Below, one piece after another: positions 1 to 10,028 of a DNA stretch of 64,000 bases; within the stretch, counting starts at the first letter, position 1; each line of letters starts with the position of its first letter. The translations under genes and the position numbers were made by a program. The notes under the pieces are model-generated. The model did not search any database and had not been told where the DNA came from. It saw only the letters and a list, made by a program, of their open reading frames with translations. This DNA is from a virus (Duplodnaviria > Caudoviricetes): positions 1 through 64,000 of IMG/VR virus record IMGVR_UViG_3300021400_001346. The stretch is one strand, 5' to 3'.

Positions 1-1416
1 CAAACTTTAACAGATGCTAAAAAAACACAAGCAAAAAGTAATATGGGTGCTGAACCGTCTTCATTTAGCGAAAATTATAATGATTTAACAAACAAGCCAA
101 CAATCCCAGCAACTAATGTCATCCCAGCCACTACAACAGCCAATAAAGTGTTGGTCTCTACTACAACTAGTGGAACTGCAAAATGAAGTGATTGAAGTAG
201 CGCGGGATTCTTAAAAACAAATGCAAGTGGTGTAATAAGTGTAGATACTAATACTTATATTACCAACGTCAAAACCGCCGCAGGTCCAAACATTGGTTCC
301 GTTGGAACTCCCTCTGTTACTGCAACTACAAGTGGTAATGAAACCACTCTCACCTTTAACTATTTAAAAGGTGCAACAGGTGGAACAGGATCAACTGGCC
401 CACAAGGTCCAACTGGAGCAAAGGGCGAAACTGGTGGAACTGGTTCACAAGGAAAGCAAGGTCCAACAGGGGCTACCGGTGGAACAGGTCCACAAGGTCC
501 TCAAGGTCCAACTGGTGCAAAAGGAACTGATGGAACTAATGGAAAACAAGGTCCTACAGGTGCAACTGGAGGTACTGGAAGTACTGGTCCTCAAGGACCA
601 ACAGGAAGTCAAGGTAAACAAGGTCCAACTGGTGCAACAGGCGGCACTGGAAGCACTGGCCCACAAGGTCCTACTGGTGCAAAAGGTGGAACTGGTGGAA
701 CAGGTCCTCAAGGTCCAACTGGGCAAACACCTGCCAACTATTCTATTGAAACCACTAATAATGGTATTTATATATATAACCCATCTGGACAAGCAGTTTT
801 TATTTCAACTATTGGTCCAACTGGATCAACAGGCGGCACGGGATCAACCGGTCCTCAAGGTCCAACTGGAGCAAATGGCATAAGTATTACTGGTCCTGTC
901 GGTCCTGTCGGTCCTACTGGTCCCGCAGGAGTAGCCAGTTCATCTAATACCACTTCTAAAATTTATTTAATTGGTCCTACCTATCAAGGAGGCACTACTA
1001 CTTATTCAAATAGTGGATGTTGAGAACAAAATGGTTTAGTTTTCGGTAAAAGTTTCGTATCTAATCCAAATGGTACCGCTACTGAAACTTACTCTACTTC
1101 CTATATGATGGGTTATTGTAGTAGTTCTGCGTCAACCGCAGCCAAAACAGTTATTTTACCTAATTTTACTTTGCAAACAGGTGTAGTTGTCTATGTTAAA
1201 ATGCGTTACAACAACACAGTTGCTTCCACCACTTTAAATGTAAATTCTACAGGCGCAAAAAGTATTTATAAAGTTTTTAGTAATACGGCAATGACTGCAA
1301 ATGATTCTTGAAAAGCAGGACAAGTTTGTCAATTCTATTATGATGGTTCACACTGAGTATGAATGGATTGTATCCAAGCAACTTTAAGCGGTACTACTCT
1401 TAATTTAAGAGGATAA
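1..1416 (+). CDS. Collagen-like tail fibre protein (5' truncated; TGA read as Trp)
   Basis: Frame 1 is open from base 1 to TAA 1414-1416 if TGA (184, 193, 1021, 1309 etc.) is Trp; Gly-X-Y repeat about 370-930 (GPTG/GPQG); [11 protein letters not shown] motif common in phage fibres. Confidence 0.85.
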
Positions 1417-1419
1417 TTT

Positions 1420-1911
1420 ATGCCTTTAATATATAATGGAACAACTATTACTGCAGTTACTTGGAATGGTACTGCAATAAATACTCTTACCTTTAATGGT
1501 ACAACAGTATTTACTGCAGGAGTCGCCAATATTGTTCTTAGAGATTCAAAGACTTATTGAAATAATAATATGTTATGACTTGAAGGGACCTTCTATAATC
1601 CTAATGCATCTTCAATTGAAATTAATCTCTATAACTATGCGGCTATTTTAGATACTGGTTATATCATAGAAAATGAAGATTTTGATTTCGATGGCGGTGG
1701 TCAATCTGGTTTATCATTATATATTGATGGTAGAGAGTACCCATGATATAATGGTGACACTGTCTTTACAATTCCCGCAAACTCAGAATTTTATATAGGT
1801 ATTGCTTTATACGAACAAACATTAGATTATTATAGTGCAACTAGTATTGATGAACTTGAACTACAATATGAATTAGATGGAGACCAATATAATATTTCCG
1901 TCATGCCTTAA
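1420..1911 (+). CDS. Hypothetical tail-fibre-associated protein, 163 aa (TGA=Trp)
   Basis: ATG 3 nt after fibre stop; MPLIYNGTTITAVTWNG...; open to TAA 1909-1911 with internal TGA; followed by terminator. Confidence 0.7.
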
Positions 1912-1940
1912 CCCTAGTCAACTCTAGGGTTTTTCTTTTT
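1911..1940 (+). terminator. Rho-independent terminator
   Basis: accctag-tcaact-ctagggt hairpin followed by T-tract. Confidence 0.75.
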
Positions 1941-2004
1941 CAAATTTCGTGAAACCCAAAAAACTTTAATATACTGTTACTAACTAAAGAAAGGAGATGT
2001 TACC

Positions 2005-3177
2005 ATGTCTCAACATCCTTATAAAATATGTATTTACGCTATTTGTAAAAATGAAGAACAGCATATTTTTGATTGGCTATCAAGTTTAGCAGACGCAGAC
2101 TATATATGTATTTTAGATACAGGTTCCACCGATCAAACAATCAATATCATCAAAGATTTTCAAACTAATCCAACATATACCACTCCGATTATTTTGGCAC
2201 AACAAACATTCAACCCCTTCCGTTTTGATGTGGCTCGTAATGCTGCAAGACAATTAATTCCAGACGATGCCGATATTTGTTGGTGTCTAGATATAGACGA
2301 AAGGCCAGTAGTCGCCAATTGGGCAGAATTAATTCGTAATGCTTGAACAGATGATTGCAAACAACTTAATTATAAATTCGCTTTTAGTTTAAAAGAAGAT
2401 GGCACACCTGCTTCAGTAATTTGGTATGATAAAATCACTTCAAATGCTAAAAAGGAATGGTACTGAAAGAGTCCAATTCACGAACGCCGCATTTATAATG
2501 GCACCGATCCATTTAAAGCAAAGAGTTTAAATACAGAAGAGCCATTAGTTTATCACTATCAAACACCAAACCCAGGCAATCGTGACCAATACATAAATCT
2601 CATTTTAATGCGTGCAGATGAAGAACCTAATGACCCATACGGTTTACAATTCTTACTGATTGAATATACAAACCGCTGCATGTGAAGAGAAATGGTCGAT
2701 GTAATTACTAATCGTCTTATTCCAATTATCAATAGCGACACCTGTGAATTTTCCGGCATTGGTAGAGAAGAATGCCTACAAAATGCCTATCGTTATCTAG
2801 CATTGGCTTATCGCCAACTCGGAAAAAATTTTGAATGCTACATAGCAATCGATCGCAGCATCGAATCGGACCCAACTTCACTACCATCTTATCTTGTAAA
2901 GGCCGAGTACGCCCTACAAGACCAAAAGCCAGACGTAACTATTCGAACAATTTTACAAGGCTTAGAAAAAAGTTATCGTCGTTTAAACTGGCAAGAGCAT
3001 GAAGATGATTGAAGTGCTAAACCATTTATTCTTCTCACTCAAGCCTATTACATGACTAAACAATATATGCAAGCCTATTTCGCCGCGCTAACCGCAAGAG
3101 ACTTAGGTAAACCTGAAGACACCTACCTACAACACAACGTAAAGGTCTGTAAAGCCGCAATGGATCAGGAGCATTAA
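2005..3177 (+). CDS. GT2-family glycosyltransferase with TPR-like C-terminus, paralog 1, 390 aa (TGA=Trp)
   Basis: ICKNE, LDTGSTD, FRFDVARN, LDIDE, SPIHE motifs; ORF-track fragments 2005-2346 and 2692-3012 are in one frame joined by TGA; aaggag RBS. Confidence 0.88.
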
Positions 3178-3178
3178 T

Positions 3179-4219
3179 ATGGAACGTAAACATTTTATAG
3201 TTATCTACACCATTTGCAAAAATGAAAGAGCTAATTTAACTAAGTGATTGAACAGTCACAGCGGAGCAGATTTAATTGTCTTCTGTGATAGCGGTTCAAC
3301 AGATGGCACTTATGAAATACTTTGTGGTCTTCATACTCTTGAGCCAAATAAATTCCATGTTATACAATATCAAGAGCTTCCAAACTATGATATGTTTTCT
3401 TTTAGCCATGCACGTAATCAAGCATTACATAAAGCAGAAGAATTAACCCCTCAATACAATGTTTATCATAAGCCTGTTATCTTCTGTTGTTGAGATATGG
3501 ACGAATTTATTCAAACCCGTCTTGCTATACCAGCTTATGACGTTTTAGACCAAGTATGGATTAATGATAACTCTGAACAAGTTCACATTACCTTTGAAGC
3601 AAATGGTAGTACAGGCGCAGTTGCTACAAAAGTTCATAACAATTTGCCATTTGAATGGCGTTATCCTGTTCATGAGGACTTATTCCTTTACAATCATCAT
3701 CATAGTAACTATGTTAACAATCGTGTCTTTTTACCAAATGAAATTTATTATTTACACGAACAAGATTTTACTTCGTCAAATCATCGATATGGGAAGCATT
3801 TAAGATACGCAGACAAAATAGAACCTTTAAATATACATACCTTGCGTTATTTAATGTGGGAAGACTTTTTAGATAAGGATGTAAGTGCCTGCTATAAACA
3901 TGCACTCTCTTTTATTTATCTTGCTTATTCGCAAAAAGACTCAGAGTTTTATTTAAGCTATGATATTATACAACAAGCTCTATGATATTTATATAATTGC
4001 AGTTATGGTAATGAGCAATTCGCATGACTGACACAGCTTTATAATATCAGCCGACCACCTTACAATCCTGCTCTCCGCTATATTCATAAACTTTATTATC
4101 AAGCACTCATGTCTCTTAATAAAACAGATGAAGCAGAAAAGGTATTACAAGAATATAAATCCATTACTTATACGCATCACTGGTTAGACGACCCATCTCT
4201 ATATGAAAGGAACGATTAA
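3179..4219 (+). CDS. GT2-family glycosyltransferase, paralog 2, 346 aa (TGA=Trp)
   Basis: MERKHFIVIYTICKNE, CDSGSTDG, FSHARN, DMDE, YPVHE; single frame to TAA 4217-4219. Confidence 0.85.
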
Positions 4220-4220
4220 T

Positions 4221-5372
4221 ATGTCAGATGAAAAGAAAAAATATAAAATAGCCATTTATACCATTTGTAAAAACGAAATCCATAACGTCGCCGCATGGTT
4301 AGAATCCATGAAGGATGCCGACTACATTTGCGTCCTTGACACCGGCTCTACTGACGGCACTTGGGAACAACTTCAATCTTTCGCGGCCGGCAGTTACTCG
4401 GGTAAGCTAATTATTCGACAAGCCATCATCAATCCTTGGCGTTTCGATGTGGCACGTAACGAAGGCATGAAAGATATCCCCGCCGACGCCGACATCCTCT
4501 TCAGCACCGACCTCGATGAACGTTTAGTCCCAGGTTGGTATGAAGCCACTCAAGCCGCGTGGACTGATGACACCGCGCAAGGTTGGTATCTTTACGCATG
4601 GTCACATAATTCTGATGGCACACCTGCACGTGTCTTCTGGTATAATAAAATGCACGACCGCAATTGGGAATGGCGCAGTCCAGTTCACGAAAACTTATGG
4701 CCAACCGACGGCCGCGACCCAGCTAACGTTAAGCGTATTAACATCAGCAATAAGATTATGTTACACCACTACCCAACTCAGAAAGAAGGACGTTCCAATT
4801 ACTTCCCACTTCTCAAGTTGCGCGCGCAAGAAGAATGGAACGACCTATACGGCTGTTCATACTTGGCGCACGAATATTACTATCAAGGTCCAAGTGAATA
4901 TGCCAACGGCATTGACTTCATTCATTCACATCTGCTCGCCCTCGTCAAGAATCATAAAGACGATTCGCTTTTAGAAAGCGACGCACATATGTTCTGCGGC
5001 CTCATGTACGCCGGCCTCAATCAACTTGACGAAGCCGAAGTTGAATTCCGCATGGGTATTGCCATCGCACCTACCTTTAGAGAAAATTATATTCAACTTG
5101 CTAACATCTACAACAAGCAACAACGTTGGACAGATGCTATTAATATCATTAACGAGGCGCTCATTAAAACACGTCACTACTACAGTTGGCTCGAATGGGA
5201 CAACACATGGACTTGATATCCTTATGACTTGCTCAGCCAAGCCTACTTCTATAGCGGCGCCATCGACGCGGCCTACCATTATGCCAAGTTAGCACTTGCC
5301 CTCAGCACCAATGATGAGCGACTCCGCAAAAACTGCGAACTCATTCAAAGTTACTTAAAACAAGGCAACTAA
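4221..5372 (+). CDS. GT2-family glycosyltransferase with TPR, paralog 3, 383 aa (TGA=Trp)
   Basis: ICKNE, LDTGSTDG, WRFDVARN, DLDE, SPVHE; reads through TGA 5214 to TAA 5370-5372 directly before a terminator. Confidence 0.9.
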
Positions 5373-5400
5373 AAAAGACCTCCGAGGAGGTCTTTTTATT
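5372..5400. terminator. Bidirectional Rho-independent terminator
   Basis: aaaaagacctcc-ga-ggaggtcttttt between convergent genes. Confidence 0.8.
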
Positions 5401-5450
5401 ATGGAGCGCCGCGAGGGTCAAGGTACTTGACCCGATATCGTAAGCAGTTC

Positions 5451-6209
5451 CTAGTAAGTTAATGTGCCGTTAGAACAAACTACCCTGAGAGTTCCTTGTC
5501 CGGCTTTCCAGTTGTTAGGTTTAGTGACACTATTCCATGATTGCGTAGTGCCATTATAATTTATTGTCCACGTATTATTTCTTGGAACATTGATAATTTG
5601 GCTTCCAATTTGAGTCAAAGTAGAAGGAAAATTAAAAATCATATTGTTTGGTAAGCTACAATCATAAAAGGCTCGATTGCAAATGCTTAAGTATCCTTCT
5701 GGTATTACGACTTGATTAACTTGAGAATCAACAAACCATACCCTGGTTGATTCAAAATTAACTGGTTCCGCGATGGCGGTCACTGGGCTTTGTTCCTCAC
5801 CAATATAAACATATTGAGGAAAGTATGCAGTGCCATCATTAGTGCCAAAGAGCGCCGCATTAGGTTTTAAGTCATAAGTAGTAATTGATAAACTACCATC
5901 TGCATTAACAACAATCTGAAGTTCAGTCGTTGCGCCGCTAGAACCACTATAACCATCGTCTCCGCCTTCGCCGTAATCCACCGTTGCGGGCACTTCTTCG
6001 CCGTTAACAGTAACGGTGCCGTCATTATTGATAATAACAATATCGCCAGGTTGTAAGTTTGGCAAATTAAATTGCCAAGATGGAACTACAATTGTAATTG
6101 GTGTATTGGTTTGGTAGGTATGATTAAAAGTCCACGCCGCATAAGTTGAACCAATAAGTAAAGCACTTGCTAAGAGTCCGATAATAGGAATGCACCATTT
6201 ACATTTCAT
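5451..6209 (-). CDS. Secreted protein with SipW-type signal peptide and BspA-like leucine-rich repeat
   Basis: Signal peptide ending TYA-AWTF; VVIPEGYLSICNRAFYDC...FPSTLTQIGSQ resembles TpLRR/LRR_5 repeats. Confidence 0.65.
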   Translation of the reverse strand: MKCKWCIPIIGLLASALLIGSTYAAWTFNHTYQTNTPITIVVPSWQFNLPNLQPGDIVIINNDGTVTVNGEEVPATVDYGEGGDDGYSGSSGATTELQIVVNADGSLSITTYDLKPNAALFGTNDGTAYFPQYVYIGEEQSPVTAIAEPVNFESTRVWFVDSQVNQVVIPEGYLSICNRAFYDCSLPNNMIFNFPSTLTQIGSQIINVPRNNTWTINYNGTTQSWNSVTKPNNWKAGQGTLRVVCSNGTLTY

Positions 6210-6951
6210 AATACACTCCTTTTAGTTCTAAGTCGCGTTTTTTATTGATGCCATTAATTTTATAATATACCACTTCAGTGCTAATCATAACCCCAATAAT
6301 GCCGCTCAAAGACCACAACCCAAATAAAGATTGTGCATATAAAACAAAAGCGCCAAGTCCTGGGATTTTATGACCTGTATAGTGATATACTATATTATCC
6401 ATCTGCACTAAACTATCAGCAAGGCCGCAATTATCGCCCTTAAATTTGCAATAGCCAGTGTCTTCATAAATTTCAATCAATCTGTGAGTAATAATTATGT
6501 CTTTATACTTATAGCCGTAAACTTCACCTTTGACGAGGTCTGTTCTTTCTTCAAAGAAACAAATATCACCCGCATCAAATTGCAGATGACGGTCGTGATT
6601 AAGTGATTCCGCAGTGGTATCATCAAAAAAATCTGACATAGAATCTGTTTTAATTACCAAGACCGTTTGGTCTCCAATAGTCAAATTGTCGCCGCGTGTT
6701 TTGTAAACCAGCCCGGCGATAAATAAACTAAGTAGAAGGGTTAATAAGGAGTAAGAAAGTACTGTGCTTACTACTCCTTTTCTCTTCTGTTTAATATGAT
6801 ATTCTTGGAAAATCATGCGGTCGTATTTGCCAGTTCTAACTTCAAGCTGATATGTTTTTAAACATGAACTATAGCCCAACCATGCTAAACCAAAAATAAT
6901 TACCGTCAAAAGTGCAATTACGACTATTGTAATAATCGTAATTGTAGACAT
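6199..6951 (-). CDS. sipW: Signal peptidase I, SipW/ER-type (S26B), membrane-anchored
   Basis: VIKTDSMS (catalytic Ser), IITHRLI (His), KGDN motifs; three hydrophobic segments. Confidence 0.75.
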   Translation of the reverse strand: MSTITIITIVVIALLTVIIFGLAWLGYSSCLKTYQLEVRTGKYDRMIFQEYHIKQKRKGVVSTVLSYSLLTLLLSLFIAGLVYKTRGDNLTIGDQTVLVIKTDSMSDFFDDTTAESLNHDRHLQFDAGDICFFEERTDLVKGEVYGYKYKDIIITHRLIEIYEDTGYCKFKGDNCGLADSLVQMDNIVYHYTGHKIPGLGAFVLYAQSLFGLWSLSGIIGVMISTEVVYYKINGINKKRDLELKGVYYEM

Positions 6952-6962
6952 AAAACTACTCC

Positions 6963-7568
6963 TTAGGCTTTAATACCAAAAGTGAAAGCTAAATCGATTG
7001 TTTTGCCGCTAACTGCAGCATCAAAAGCAGTTAATTCAGCTAAAGTAGTTGGTGCTGTAACATAGTCTAAAGTTGGTAAAGTATAAACTGCTTCATATTC
7101 GTTATCATTAGCAACAATGGCTTGTTCTGCATCTGCGATTGAACCAGCAGAGAAGCTAATTTGAGCAACAGGAAGATGATTGTCTTCAACTACTTTAAAT
7201 TCGACCTTTTCATTTTCATCATTATAATGTAAATCATTTTCAATGTGATCGATTTGACCAACAAGTTTTAAAGTAGTAACTTTACTACTAGAGATATTGT
7301 CAAGGTCTGTGCAATAAAAAATACCTTCACCGGCTTTTCTTGTAGCAGTAGCAGTAGTTGGTGCGTCAAAAACAACATAAACCTTTTCAATTTCTTGAGA
7401 ACCATTATAAACTTTTAAGTTGTTGGCTTCAATACCACAAGTAACTTTGCTTTCAACGACTGCAGAATCTTGAACTGTTTTTGTAAAAGTCCATGCTGCA
7501 AAACCAACACCTGCGAATGCTAAAGTAGCTGCGGCAGTGATGGCAGAGATTTTGTTTCTTAATTTCAT
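6963..7568 (-). CDS. Secreted protein with SipW-dependent-type signal peptide (TasA/camelysin-like position)
   Basis: MKLRNKISAITAAATLAFAGVGFA-AWTF; beta-rich body ending LAFTFGIKA; upstream ggagg RBS. Confidence 0.65.
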   Translation of the reverse strand: MKLRNKISAITAAATLAFAGVGFAAWTFTKTVQDSAVVESKVTCGIEANNLKVYNGSQEIEKVYVVFDAPTTATATRKAGEGIFYCTDLDNISSSKVTTLKLVGQIDHIENDLHYNDENEKVEFKVVEDNHLPVAQISFSAGSIADAEQAIVANDNEYEAVYTLPTLDYVTAPTTLAELTAFDAAVSGKTIDLAFTFGIKA

Positions 7569-7789
7569 ATGTGTACTTACCTCCGATTAAACAAAATGGC
7601 TAGTTTCCACCCTAATGAGGGACTTCATCTTGCGATGCGGAGATAAGGAAATCTTATCACTAGTTATAGATAATATAAAATATAAAAAGGGATTTGTCAA
7701 GAACAAATCCACTAGTTATTTTTATTGGCACGGGCTGTAGGACTCGAACCCACACCTACCGTTTTGGACACGGAATCTTTACGGTTTTG

Positions 7790-8355
7790 CTTACCACTAC
7801 GATTTTCATCGCCACTTCTGTTTGTGGTCTGGACTATATCTTTACCTTGCATTTCTGTTTAGGTAGAGGATTATCTAGTCTCTACGGGTGAACTTATCTT
7901 CCCTCGGTGTTACCAGTTAAGGATTCACCGATATCATCCTCTCCACTATTATCGTTTCCAATAATAGGCTCCATGAGATCAAATGCATTTTTATAAGGTT
8001 GTAATGTTGTATAACCAATCGAACTAGAATATTTATTAGAAAATTCTACAGGAACGATATAAACATCTTCAGTTTCAATATCTACTCCAACAAAGAAATC
8101 AATTACAGAGCCATCATATCTAAAAATTTTATATTGACCTTGATTATGACTAATTTTACGAACAGGCAATTGTTTAGCTTTATTTAAAATTTTAATTTGT
8201 ATTCTAACTAAAACTGGCCCTTTGATTGCAATACAATCAATTTTAGTATTTTCTAATATTGGTACGTATAAATCTCATTCTCTTTTTAACATTTGTTTTT
8301 CAAAAATATTGTATCCTAATTTTCCTTTTGCTATTGTATCCATTTTATCTCCTTA
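7790..8355 (-). mobile_element. Group I intron in tRNA anticodon (after U34), 566 nt
   Basis: Core motifs on minus strand: ATCGGTGAA, CGTAGAGACTA, AAGATATAGTCC; P1 GTCTT/GAGAT with U.G at splice site; terminal G at 7790. Confidence 0.85.
7894..8343 (-). CDS. Group I intron-encoded PD-(D/E)XK homing endonuclease (I-Ssp6803I-like), 149 aa (TGA=Trp)
   Basis: MDTIAKGKLG...KIDCIA...RIQIK...IDFFVGVD; aaggag RBS; one internal TGA; C-terminus overlaps intron core. Confidence 0.8.
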
Positions 8356-8390
8356 AAGACCGCTGTGCTGCCAATTACACTAAGCCCGCA

Positions 8391-8756
8391 TTATTTACGT
8401 CTCTTCACTGTTCTATGATAACCACCCTTGCGGCGCTTGGTGACGGCCGCCTTACGTTTATAAGGCACCCACTCCAAATTATAACCATGTGGCGCCATCG
8501 TATTCAGATGGTCAATTCAGTACTTCTCACGTTCATTGAGTTGACTGAGCGCGCAAAATTCCACCACGTCTCATCTAAAGCCGTGGCCGCCAGTTTTGTC
8601 CCAGTCGGCCTGTAGCGCCGCGTTAGGGTGCTTGCCGGAGTAAAGTGCCGAAAAGTGCTCTTTGCGGCGTTCAAAGACATTCTGGGATTGACCAACGTAA
8701 ACCTTATTATTATTTAGATTAGTAATTTTATAAATGCCGCTAGCAGGAAGCGTCAT
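8391..8756 (-). CDS. GIY-YIG endonuclease, 121 aa (TGA=Trp)
   Basis: GIYKITN...VYVGQS...R...H; LNEREKYW...GYN continues through two TGAs to TAA. Confidence 0.85.
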
Positions 8757-8758
8757 AA

Positions 8759-9049
8759 TTAATGATTAAGTTTAAGAACAACTATCCAAGCATCTGGTCT
8801 AGTTTCTTCGCCCTTTTTATTTACCTTGCCGGCTTTGAATTTTTTATCACAGCCAGCGAAACCAGCATCATTGCGGGCGTCATTAATACAAGCGTCAGCT
8901 TCTTCTTCACTTGAGAAGGTATAAGTTTCTTTGGTTTTAGTAACCCAATAGCTGCAAACTTCGTCTGGGTCACATTCTAAAGTACATTCAAATTTAGTTA
9001 GATTATCGCTACGAGCGTCAACATATTCTTTAATATCTGTGTATTTCAT
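8759..9049 (-). CDS. Hypothetical protein
   Basis: 96 aa ORF with aggag RBS and upstream sigma-A-like promoter. Confidence 0.7.
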   Translation of the reverse strand: MKYTDIKEYVDARSDNLTKFECTLECDPDEVCSYWVTKTKETYTFSSEEEADACINDARNDAGFAGCDKKFKAGKVNKKGEETRPDAWIVVLKLNH

Positions 9050-9196
9050 TTATATTATTCTCCTTATTGCTATTATTATATCTTATCACCAGCGGTTTGT
9101 CAATAAAATTTTTAAAGCCCAATTATTATAATTGTGTTTTTATGCAAAATCCGTTATATTAATTAAGTAGTTATTATAACTAACGGAGGATTCGTT

Positions 9197-9946
9197 TTGG
9201 CAATTTTAGGTATTTCTTTAAAAAACAATAAAGAACAACAAGAGCTAGTACGATTAATTAATGAGAATAATCGTCCTATAGTAATTTGCATCGGCAATGC
9301 GGGAACAGGTAAAACCTTTACCACTATTGCGGCGGCACTGCAATTGAAACAGGAGAAAAAATATAAGAATATAGTTTATGCTCGTAACCCTATTCCAATG
9401 GGCTATGATATGGGCAGTTTGCCAGGTGGACTTGATGAGAAGTATAGTCCTTATTTGGCGCCGCTTTATGACAACTTGGAAAGTATTGCGCGTGTAAGTG
9501 AAGATAAGCTTAATGTGAATGATATGGCCGCGAAGATTGAAGTTGAGCCTATTGCCTTCTTGAGGGGCCGCAGTTTTGAAAACACTGTCTTAATTATTGA
9601 TGAAGCACAAAACCTTAGCCTTACGGAATTAAAGACTATTCTTACTCGTGTTGGAGATTATAGTAAAGTAATTTTACTAGGTTCAATGAACCAAATTGAT
9701 GATTGAAGACAACGTAAACAAGACAAATGTGATTTTCAAAAGGTTATTGACAAGATTAGTGACTTGCCTTATGTCGGGTTTGTAGAACTCACTAAATCTA
9801 TGAGATCTGATTGGTGCGTTGAACTCGACAATTTATTGGGTGAAATTGATAAACCTATTAAATACACCCTTACTTTTGGTGATGGTGAAAATGAAGGCTC
9901 TATGGAAGTTACCAATGACGAGCTATATAAATATTGCAAACGTTAA
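9197..9946 (+). CDS. phoH: PhoH-like ATPase, 249 aa (TGA=Trp)
   Basis: GNAGTGKT, LRGRSF, IIDEAQN, GSMNQID; two ORF-track pieces joined at TGA 9704. Confidence 0.92.
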
Positions 9947-10028
9947 TTTGACGTCTAGCACTAATATAGATTATGCTAAATAGAGAGATAATATTATAGT
10001 ATATTGTTGCAACTATGGAGGGAAACAT

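Larger units (their letters stand above)
7726..8389 (-). tRNA. tRNA with UCA anticodon (Trp, UGA-decoding), split by a group I intron
   Basis: 5' exon 8389-8356 GCGGGCT...GCGGTCTT; 3' exon 7789-7726 CAAAACCGT...GTTCGAGT...AGCCCGTGCCA; joined arm GCGGT-CTTCAAA-ACCGT; G73. Confidence 0.75.

Noticed and set aside
371-883. 170-aa Q/V/L-rich ORF and antisense 445-792 ORF
   Set aside because: Off-frame shadows of the Gly-X-Y collagen repeat in frame 1.
5402-5435. tRNA 3'-end remnant or att site at edge of the SipW cassette
   Set aside because: Only TGGAGCG resembles a tRNA end; no T loop and no matching repeat at the other side.
7726-8389. tRNA-Sec interpretation of the UCA tRNA
   Set aside because: 7/5 acceptor/T fold and ordinary D arm, no sel genes here, and TGA aligns with Trp in paralogs.
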